NCBI RefSeq assembly: GCF_009831105.1
Contig: NZ_WUUQ01000006.1
Coordinates: forward strand, 60,001 to 92,000
From: Copranaerobaculum intestinale
GTDB taxonomy: Bacteria; Bacillota_I; Bacilli_A; Erysipelotrichales; Erysipelotrichaceae
Direction: 5' to 3'
Length of the DNA stretch: 32,000 bases
Below are positions 16,445 through 23,550 of this stretch, one piece after another. Both the position numbers and the translations under genes were made by a program. Position 1 is the stretch's first letter. Each line of letters starts with the position of its first letter. The notes below the pieces were generated by a model, which saw only the letters and a list, made by a program, of their open reading frames with translations, was not told the DNA's origin and did no database searches.

Positions 16445-19150
16445 ATGAAAAATGAAGAGAAAATCTATCTGGGCCTGTGTGAGCTGAGTGAAAAAGCAAT
16501 TGCTTCATTGAGCGACGGCGTTACCACCAGTGAATTGGCAGATCATTTAAAAATGGATCGGACTCTGGTTTCCCGCCACTTGGGAGTGCTGGTACAAGCA
16601 GGAAAAGCGGTAAAAGCAGGAAGCAAACCGATTTATTACCGCAGTTCTTCCAGCGTTCCCGCTTCCGATGCAGTGAAAACCGATGTTTTTGCCCAGCTGA
16701 TCGGTTTTAACGGTTCGCTGTTGACCGCGGTAGAGCAGTGTAAATCCTCGGTGCTGTATCCCAATGGCGGACTGCCGCTTTTGATTACCGGCTCCAGCGG
16801 TGTCGGCAAGAGTTATCTGGCCAACCTGATTTTTGAATATGCAAAGAATGAGGGAATCATTGAAAAGGATGCAAAATGTGTGATCTTTAACTGCGCTGAT
16901 TACGCCAACAACAAGGAGCTGCTTTCCAGTAAGCTGTTCGGTTATAAAAAAGGAACCTTTACCGGAGCGGATGAAGATAATGATGGTGTGATCGCGCTGG
17001 CCGACGGCGGTTATCTCTTTTTGGATGAAGTACACCGGTTGTCTCCCGAGGGTCAGGAAAAGCTGTTCCTGCTGCTGGATAAGGGAATTTATCAGCGCAT
17101 GGGTGATAAAAATTATCAAAGTGTGCAGGTACGAGTGATCGCGGCAACAACCGAGGATCCGAAAACTGCCCTGATCGACACTTTTCTGCGCCGGATCCCG
17201 ATTCAGGTGCATCTGCCTGATTTTGCATCGCGAAACATCAGTGAGCGGCTGGAGTTGATACAGCTGTTTTATGCCCAGGAGAGTCAGACCTTTCATAAGT
17301 CGATTCGAATATCAAAGAAGGTTGTGAACTACCTTTTATCCTGCGCGCTGCTTGGCAATATCGGTGCGCTTCGCAATATCATCAAGGTGAGCTGTGCCAA
17401 CGCTTCACGCAAAAATCGGGAAGCGCTGGTGCAAGTGGATATTGAAGATATTGCCCGGGAGCTTCCTCAGCATGTCGAAGTGCATGAGTTCACCAGCGCC
17501 GATTTAGAAATCGGCAGCAGCTTCGCAAGATCGCCGATCACGCCTTCCTCACTTCCGAATGTGAAGGAGGTCATTGATATCATTACCGATATTTACGAAC
17601 AGCTGAAAGCATGTCAGCGGCTCGCCATCAGTGAAGAGGAAGTAGAAAAATGCATTCGTTTGGATGTGAACCGTATTTCTGACGTGCTGTATTTTCATTC
17701 TAATAACAATGCCCAATCACTGTACTATTCATTATTCGCAACCCATGTGGAAAACGGCCTGAAGCTGTTGGAAAAGACATACGGCTTGAAATATTATGGC
17801 AATACGGTGAAAACCTTAAGCAGTGTATTAAATACCTTCAGTAAGGAACCGCTGTTTCAAAGCGATGAATATGTAGCGCTGTACCGCAAGACTTTAGAGT
17901 TGATCAAACATCGCAGCTATAAATATAATTTCGTTACCAACCGACTGCTGGAATATCTGCGCGATTCCTTTCATTATCAGTACGGAGTTTTAGAAGAGCT
18001 GTATTTGACGCTGTATATTTATTCATCGGTAGTCGATCATCACAGCGATATCAATGCAATCATCGTGGCTCACGGGTATTCTACCGCGAGCAGTATCGCC
18101 TCGGTCGTCAATCAGATGCACAGCAATTATATCTTTGAATCGTTTGATATGCCGATCGATATGGAACCGCAGGATATCGTTAAGGAAATCTGCGAATACG
18201 CAAAGCACTTAAATAAGGATAAGGATACGATATTCTTAGTGGATATGGGTTCGCTGTTTGAAATCTACTCATTGGTCAAGGACAGCTTTAACGGTGAAAT
18301 GGTTGTTATTAACAACATTACGACGCAGCTGGCTCTGGGGGTGGGAAGCATGATCAATCAGGGCCGCAGTCTGATTGATATCGTGGACAGTGTTGTGCGG
18401 GACTGCTCGATCAAATACAAGTATTTTGAACGCAAGGGCAAAAAGCGGGCAATCGTCACTACCTGCGCATCCGGAATCGGCATTGCCAATAAAATACGCG
18501 ATATGATTAAAAAGTGTGTGGCCGGAGAGAAACAGAATATTGAAATAATTTCCTGTGATTATTTCACCCTGAAAAATATGGGCCGCAACAGTGAAATATT
18601 TAAAAAATATGATGTGCAGCTGATTATCTCGACCTTAGGCTTAACCATCGAGGGTGTATCTACTATTTTATTTTCTGATTTGTTCTCCCAGAAAAATGAA
18701 GAACGAGTACGGGATGTATTCGCAAAGCTGTACGGAGAAGAGAACCTGCATCAGATCATCAACAATCTCATGAAGATGCTGACGCTGGAAAATATCATTT
18801 CCCGCTTGATCATATTGAATCCCAACCGAGTGATCGAAAATGTCGATGCGATCCTCAGCGACATTGAAAACTGCTTTGCTTATCAGCTTGATTCCAGTTT
18901 AAAGCTGACGCTATACATTCATATCGCGATCATGCTGGAACGGTGTATCCTATCCCGTAACGAGCTGCAGGAGCAGCCCTACAGCGGGAAAGAAAGCGTT
19001 GCGGATATCAATAAGATGCGCCGTATCTTTGAAAAACAGCTGACAGACTTCGAAGTACATATTCCCGATCATGAGCTTGCCCTTGTTTTAAGTATCATCA
19101 AGGAGTATGACAACACTGCGGCAGCTTCGTTATCGGATGAGGATGAATAA
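16445..19150 (+). CDS. LevR-type sigma-54-dependent transcriptional activator with PTS regulation domains
   Basis: N-terminal wHTH, then an AAA+ domain: Walker A GSSGVGKS, Walker B YLFLDEVHRL, and the sigma-54 contact loop GTFTGA (residues 170-175, nt 16952-16969). Downstream are PRD-like regions, an EIIA-Man-like segment (AIIVAHGYSTASS), an EIIB-Gat-like Cys segment (AIVTTCASGIG) and a second PRD (YIHIAIMLER). I prefer the ATG at 16445 because GGAGGA lies 9 nt upstream. Confidence 0.88.
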   Translation: MKNEEKIYLGLCELSEKAIASLSDGVTTSELADHLKMDRTLVSRHLGVLVQAGKAVKAGSKPIYYRSSSSVPASDAVKTDVFAQLIGFNGSLLTAVEQCKSSVLYPNGGLPLLITGSSGVGKSYLANLIFEYAKNEGIIEKDAKCVIFNCADYANNKELLSSKLFGYKKGTFTGADEDNDGVIALADGGYLFLDEVHRLSPEGQEKLFLLLDKGIYQRMGDKNYQSVQVRVIAATTEDPKTALIDTFLRRIPIQVHLPDFASRNISERLELIQLFYAQESQTFHKSIRISKKVVNYLLSCALLGNIGALRNIIKVSCANASRKNREALVQVDIEDIARELPQHVEVHEFTSADLEIGSSFARSPITPSSLPNVKEVIDIITDIYEQLKACQRLAISEEEVEKCIRLDVNRISDVLYFHSNNNAQSLYYSLFATHVENGLKLLEKTYGLKYYGNTVKTLSSVLNTFSKEPLFQSDEYVALYRKTLELIKHRSYKYNFVTNRLLEYLRDSFHYQYGVLEELYLTLYIYSSVVDHHSDINAIIVAHGYSTASSIASVVNQMHSNYIFESFDMPIDMEPQDIVKEICEYAKHLNKDKDTIFLVDMGSLFEIYSLVKDSFNGEMVVINNITTQLALGVGSMINQGRSLIDIVDSVVRDCSIKYKYFERKGKKRAIVTTCASGIGIANKIRDMIKKCVAGEKQNIEIISCDYFTLKNMGRNSEIFKKYDVQLIISTLGLTIEGVSTILFSDLFSQKNEERVRDVFAKLYGEENLHQIINNLMKMLTLENIISRLIILNPNRVIENVDAILSDIENCFAYQLDSSLKLTLYIHIAIMLERCILSRNELQEQPYSGKESVADINKMRRIFEKQLTDFEVHIPDHELALVLSIIKEYDNTAAASLSDEDE

Positions 19151-19171
19151 TGTCACACATAATCTATTAAG

Positions 19172-19210
19172 CTGTCACAGATGATGAAAAGTGATGTTTA
19201 TCTGTGACAG
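19172..19210. promoter_or_regulatory. Candidate upstream activating sequence: perfect 10-bp inverted repeat CTGTCACAGA-N19-TCTGTGACAG
   Basis: The arms at 19172-19181 and 19201-19210 are exact reverse complements. A third TGTCACA half-site lies at 19151-19157. The repeat sits about 50-110 bp upstream of the -24/-12 promoter. Confidence 0.5.
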
Positions 19211-19216
19211 GTAATG

Positions 19217-19246
19217 AAAAAAGACCGATAAAATCGGCCTTTTTCA
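19217..19246 (+). terminator. Terminator-like hairpin after the regulator gene
   Basis: AAAAAGACCGAT-AAA-ATCGGCCTTTTT with one internal mismatch, flanked by an A-run and a T-run. Confidence 0.45.
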
Positions 19247-19260
19247 TCTTTTCAGCGAGT

Positions 19261-19276
19261 TGGCATGTTTTTTGCT
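19261..19276 (+). promoter_or_regulatory. Sigma-54 (-24/-12) promoter
   Basis: TGGCATG-TTTT-TTGCT matches TGGCAC-N5-TTGC with exact spacing (TGGCA at 19261, TTGC at 19272). It lies 28 nt upstream of the EIIA ATG and directly downstream of a sigma-54 activator gene. Confidence 0.8.
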
Positions 19277-19303
19277 TCAATATAGGCAGAAAGGAGAAAT
19301 TCT

Positions 19304-19720
19304 ATGTACAGTATCATCGTTATGAGCCATGGGGACATGGCAAACGGGCTGAAAGACACGATGATGATGATCCTCGGGGAACAGGAGGATATCTATTTTA
19401 TCAGTTTCACGCCAAGTGACAGTATCGAGGATTTTCGTAAACGGGTAAATGTTATTTATCATTCGATCGAGGAAGACAGACAGGTGCTGTTTCTTACCGA
19501 TCTATACGGGGGAACACCCAACCATGTGGCAACCGCTATGAAAATCGCTGAGCCGGGTCGAGTAGAGGTGCTCAGCGGCGTGAATATGCCTTTACTGATG
19601 GAAGCAACATTAGGAAAAGCGAAAGTTCTGAGTGACATTGTCGAGCACTTATTAGAGCAGGGACGCGGAGGCATGATCCGCATTGAGCCTGCCCTTGATC
19701 AAAACGAAGAGGATGAATAA
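19304..19720 (+). CDS. PTS mannose/fructose/sorbose-family EIIA component
   Basis: 138 aa starting MYSIIVMSHGDMANGL (the phospho-His region). RBS AAGGAG is present. Confidence 0.88.
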   Translation: MYSIIVMSHGDMANGLKDTMMMILGEQEDIYFISFTPSDSIEDFRKRVNVIYHSIEEDRQVLFLTDLYGGTPNHVATAMKIAEPGRVEVLSGVNMPLLMEATLGKAKVLSDIVEHLLEQGRGGMIRIEPALDQNEEDE

Positions 19721-19739
19721 TTAAGAAGGAGGAAGTTTC

Positions 19740-20522
19740 ATGGAAATTTCATTTTTGCAGATCATCTTGTTATCTGCATATGGTTTCATCGCTATCTGGG
19801 ATGACTTGAATCCCGGATTCAAATTAGGTAAACCGGTTGTTGCCGGAATGTTTGCCGGTCTCATCATGGGTGATATCCAAATGGGTCTGTTGGTCGGCGG
19901 TACGCTGCAGCTGATGATTCTGGGTGTCGGCACATATGGCGGTGCATCCATTCCCGATTATATGACCGGTGCCGTAGTAGGTACTGCCTTCGCAGTTTCT
20001 TCCGGAAAAGGTCTGGAGTATGCGCTGGCAATCGCTGTTCCGGTGGGGCTGTTGATGGTTCAGCTGGATGTATTGGGAAGATTTTGTAATACTTATTTCC
20101 AACATATGGCGGATAAAGGCGCTGAGCAGCGCAACTACCGCAAGGTGGAACTGGGCAATGTGCTCGGTATGATTCCCTGGGGGCTGTCCCGTGCCCTGCC
20201 GATATTCCTGGCACTGTTCTTCGGACAGGATATTGTAAAAACTTTACTGGATAATTCTCCTGAATGGCTGATGAACGGCTTAAAGACAGCCGGCGGTCTG
20301 CTGCCTGCGTTAGGTATTGCCATTCTGCTGCGCTACATGCCGTTAAAGACATACTGGATGTATGCCATTGCCGGCTTCGTAGCTGCTACGTATTTGAAGG
20401 TGCCGATGCTGGGTGTAGCCCTTGTCGGTCTGGTTGCTGCCGGCGTTGCTTACGCACGTTCGGATGAACCGGCGGTGTCAGCTGTAGTAAATGAAGGAGG
20501 TACGATCGAAGATGATGAATAA
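19740..20522 (+). CDS. PTS mannose-family EIIC component
   Basis: 260-aa polytopic membrane protein with a typical ManY/AgaC-like N-terminus (ILLSAYGFIAIWD). RBS GGAGG is present. Confidence 0.88.
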   Translation: MEISFLQIILLSAYGFIAIWDDLNPGFKLGKPVVAGMFAGLIMGDIQMGLLVGGTLQLMILGVGTYGGASIPDYMTGAVVGTAFAVSSGKGLEYALAIAVPVGLLMVQLDVLGRFCNTYFQHMADKGAEQRNYRKVELGNVLGMIPWGLSRALPIFLALFFGQDIVKTLLDNSPEWLMNGLKTAGGLLPALGIAILLRYMPLKTYWMYAIAGFVAATYLKVPMLGVALVGLVAAGVAYARSDEPAVSAVVNEGGTIEDDE

Positions 20523-21321
20523 TAGTAATGTCTGTGATAAAAAAATTCGTCGTAAGGTGTTCCTGCGTTGGTTCTTAAACGGTGAATCAGGCTGGAACTA
20601 TGAAAAAATGCAGGGCTCTGGATACTGCTATTCTATGATGCCGGCATTAAAAGAAATCTATAAGGATGATCCGGATGCGCTTCAGGCTGCGGTAAAAAAT
20701 CATCTTCAGTTCTTCAACACAACGCCGCATACAGCCAATATTATTTTAGGTGTCAACATGGCGGTTGAACAAACCGTGAAACAGGACGGTAAAGATGCTA
20801 TTGCCAGTATCAAAACCGGTCTGATGGGTCCGTTAGCCGGAGTTGGCGACTCCTTATTCGGAGTAATCATTGATACTGTATTAGGCTCTATCGCTGCTTA
20901 TATGGCCCTGGAAGGCAATCCGATGGGATGTTTGATCTGGGTATTGGTCAGTGCGATCGGCATTACGGCACTGCGCTATGCTATGCTGGAAATCGGTTAT
21001 AAGCAAGGTACCGATGTCGTTGCGAATATCTCTACTAAAATGAAAAAGATTACGGAAGCTGCCAGCATCCTCGGTCTGACGGTTGTCGGCGCTTTGATCC
21101 CTACCGTAGTCAATGCGAAGGTACCCTATGTATTTGAATGGGGAAAAGTAAAAATGCCGGTTCAGGATATGATCGATTCGATCATGCCAAACCTGCTTCC
21201 GGTACTGTTTGTCGTATTGATTTATTGGCTGCTGTCGAAAAAAGGAATGAATTCCACAAGAGTGATTATTTTCATTATCGTATTTGCGATTTTGTTCAAC
21301 TTCTTAGGAATTCTTGGATAA
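20512..21321 (+). CDS. PTS mannose-family EIID component
   Basis: ManZ-like motifs (FLRWFLNGESGWNYEKMQGSGYCYSMMP, FFNTTPH). The ATG at 20512 lies 11 nt after GGAGG (20496-20500) and overlaps the EIIC stop by 11 nt. Confidence 0.88.
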   Translation: MMNNSNVCDKKIRRKVFLRWFLNGESGWNYEKMQGSGYCYSMMPALKEIYKDDPDALQAAVKNHLQFFNTTPHTANIILGVNMAVEQTVKQDGKDAIASIKTGLMGPLAGVGDSLFGVIIDTVLGSIAAYMALEGNPMGCLIWVLVSAIGITALRYAMLEIGYKQGTDVVANISTKMKKITEAASILGLTVVGALIPTVVNAKVPYVFEWGKVKMPVQDMIDSIMPNLLPVLFVVLIYWLLSKKGMNSTRVIIFIIVFAILFNFLGILG

Positions 21322-21324
21322 TGT

Positions 21325-21804
21325 ATGGAAGGTATCGTACACGTAAGAATTGATGACCGTCTGCTGCATGGACAAGTCTGTGCCTTTTGGTCAAATGCCC
21401 TTAAGTTAACAAGAATTATGGTGGCAAATGATGAGGTTGCCGTCGATGAAATGCAGAAGTCGGTACTGCGCATGGCGGCGCCTGCCGGCGTCCGTACATC
21501 CTTGATTTCACTGGAAAAAGCTTCTGCCAACATTCTGGCGGAGAAATACAAGGGACAGCGCGTACTGCTGATTTTAAAAAGCCCGAAAGATGCTTTGCGC
21601 TTAATCGAGATGGGTTTGCCGATCAAGTCGCTCAATGTCGGCAATATGGCAAACCGCCCGGATACGACCCAGTATAAACGTTCTATCTCACTGACAAAAT
21701 CGGAATACGATGACTTCATGAAACTGCATGAGCTGGGAGTTCAAATGACGGCACAGATGGTTCCAGAGGAAGCGGTCAGTGATCTGATGGAGTTCCTGAA
21801 ATAA
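21325..21804 (+). CDS. PTS mannose-family EIIB component
   Basis: 159 aa with VRIDDRLLHGQV, the phospho-His motif of EIIB-Man. Confidence 0.88.
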   Translation: MEGIVHVRIDDRLLHGQVCAFWSNALKLTRIMVANDEVAVDEMQKSVLRMAAPAGVRTSLISLEKASANILAEKYKGQRVLLILKSPKDALRLIEMGLPIKSLNVGNMANRPDTTQYKRSISLTKSEYDDFMKLHELGVQMTAQMVPEEAVSDLMEFLK

Positions 21805-21821
21805 AAAAGAAAGGAAAGATC

Positions 21822-22535
21822 ATGAGAAATATCGGAAAACAATTTAATGATGCAATTATCAACTGTTTGGAGCATATCGCTGACGGACAGGAAGAAGCAA
21901 TCGCAAAAGCGGCGGAAATCATCGCCGATACGATTGAAAACGGGGGCATTGTGCAGTCGTTTGGTTCGGGACACAGCTATGGCAATGCGCTGGAGATCAG
22001 CGGCCGTGCCGGCGGTTTCATCCAGACGAAAATTATCAATGAGCCGTCCCGCGGAAACTATGAGATGATCGAAGGAGTCGGTACGATTTTTATGAACCAT
22101 CTCGATCTGCAGGTACAGGACTGCTTGATTATCATTTCCAATTCCGGACGTAATCCGTTGGGGATTGAAATGGCAATGGCGGCGAAAAAAATGGGCGTCA
22201 AGCTGATCGTCGTCACTGCTTATGATGTTGCTTCCCATTCAACATCCCGCCATTCAAGCGGTAAAATGCTGCATGAATTTGCGGATGTTATTCTGGATAA
22301 CAAGTCAATTTTCGGGGATGCCTGCATCGAAGTAGCGGGACTGCCGGTGAAAGTCGGAGGTACTTCGCTGTATACCGGAAGCATGCTGTTAGACCGGGCA
22401 ACGATGGATGCGATTGATATCCTGCTGGAACGAGGTGTGACACCGCCGCTGTTTATGAGTGCCAATGTGGATGGCGGACCGCAGTTCAACCAGAAATATC
22501 TGGATATGTATAAAGATCGTCTTCGCCGTTATTAA
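21822..22535 (+). CDS. SIS (sugar isomerase) domain protein, small single-domain type (UPF0309-like)
   Basis: 237 aa. The SFGSGHSYGNALE and IIISNSGRNP blocks are typical of SIS phosphosugar-binding folds. RBS GAAAGGAAAG is present. It is the last gene of the sigma-54 operon. Confidence 0.75.
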   Translation: MRNIGKQFNDAIINCLEHIADGQEEAIAKAAEIIADTIENGGIVQSFGSGHSYGNALEISGRAGGFIQTKIINEPSRGNYEMIEGVGTIFMNHLDLQVQDCLIIISNSGRNPLGIEMAMAAKKMGVKLIVVTAYDVASHSTSRHSSGKMLHEFADVILDNKSIFGDACIEVAGLPVKVGGTSLYTGSMLLDRATMDAIDILLERGVTPPLFMSANVDGGPQFNQKYLDMYKDRLRRY

Positions 22536-22541
22536 AGGATC

Positions 22542-22570
22542 AAGAGGAACGGGAGTTCCTCTTTCTTTTA
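22542..22570 (+). terminator. Rho-independent terminator ending the PTS-SIS operon
   Basis: AAGAGGAAC-GGGA-GTTCCTCTT followed by a T-rich tract. Confidence 0.75.
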
Positions 22571-22701
22571 CCCTATTATGAAGTAGGAAATAGCTGAAAA
22601 GCTTCATGATATGATTAGCTATGACGATCATAAAGGGCGAATGATTCAACCTTTTTATGAATTGAGCATGCTGAACATATTGTGCCGGGATGCGTACCGC
22701 A

Positions 22702-22737
22702 TGGTATATACACGGGATAAGTAATGAATATTCATTA
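22702..22737 (+). promoter_or_regulatory. Extended -10 (TGGTATATA) followed by a perfect 16-bp palindrome TAATGAATATTCATTA (candidate operator) upstream of cutC
   Basis: TGnTATATA at 22702-22710. The palindrome at 22722-22737 is exactly self-complementary and sits between the -10 element and the RBS. Confidence 0.4.
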
Positions 22738-22755
22738 GGAAAGAAGGTTAACGAC

Positions 22756-23499
22756 ATGAAAGAAAAAATAATTGAAATTTGCTGCGTGAATTATAAAGAC
22801 TGCATCCATGCTGAAATGTGCGGAGCGGATCGCATTGAATTGTGCGCATCCATGGCGGCCGGCGGACTGACCCCGTCGCTGGGTGTATTTCAAATGGTAA
22901 AGGAGCATGTCCATATCCCAGTCATGGTCATGATTCGTCCCCGCGGTGCTGGCTTCTGTTATCATGATTATGAGTTTGAGATCATGAAAAGGGATACGGA
23001 AATTTTTTTAAGCAATGGCGCCGAAGGGTGTGTCTTCGGTATCCTGAATGCGGATAAGACAGTTGATCTGACACGTACTGAGGAACTTGCGGCAATCATT
23101 CATAAATACGGAAAGGAAGCGGTATTTCACCGTGCCTTTGATGAATGCCCAAATAAAGAACAAGCCATTCAGGAATTGATCGCATGCGGAATCGATCGGA
23201 TCCTAACTGCGGGCGGTCAGGGAAATGCGGATGAGCATCTGGATGACTTAAAGCGCTGGCAGGATACATATGGTGAACAGATACAGCTTCAGGTATGCGG
23301 CAGTATCCGCAGTCATAATGCCATGTCTATTATGAAGCAAATTGGCTTTGATCAAGTTCATTCCGCCTGCCGCAGCTTTCATCAGGACGCCAGCGATGAA
23401 CCGGCACAGAATTTGGGTTATCACAATGCGTATGATTGTGTCGATGAAACAGAATGCCGGCGTTTTGTGGACAGCCTGCGTAAGTCATGCGGTTGTTAA
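22756..23499 (+). CDS. cutC: CutC-family TIM-barrel protein (annotated in databases as copper homeostasis protein; biochemical role unclear)
   Basis: The N-terminus EICCVNYKDCIHAEMCGADRIELC and the blocks VMIRPRGAGFCY and RILTAGG are typical of the CutC family. The ATG at 22756 is preceded by GGAAAGAAGG. Confidence 0.75.
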   Translation: MKEKIIEICCVNYKDCIHAEMCGADRIELCASMAAGGLTPSLGVFQMVKEHVHIPVMVMIRPRGAGFCYHDYEFEIMKRDTEIFLSNGAEGCVFGILNADKTVDLTRTEELAAIIHKYGKEAVFHRAFDECPNKEQAIQELIACGIDRILTAGGQGNADEHLDDLKRWQDTYGEQIQLQVCGSIRSHNAMSIMKQIGFDQVHSACRSFHQDASDEPAQNLGYHNAYDCVDETECRRFVDSLRKSCGC

Positions 23500-23550
23500 G
23501 CGGTTTTTCTCATACCTCATGTTATGATATAATACAAGCGAGGTGATAGC

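Noticed and set aside
16547-17296. 249-aa minus-strand ORF inside the regulator gene, together with many other antisense ORFs (e.g. 8008..8436, 11403..11867, 14645..15061, 15812..16312, 19864..20352, 21222..21719, 21741..22238, 27090..27497, 28357..28800)
   Set aside because: Each lies entirely within a plus- or minus-strand gene that has strong family motifs. Their products are low-complexity (Arg/Ser/His/Cys-rich) and they lack ribosome-binding sites. They are typical shadow ORFs.
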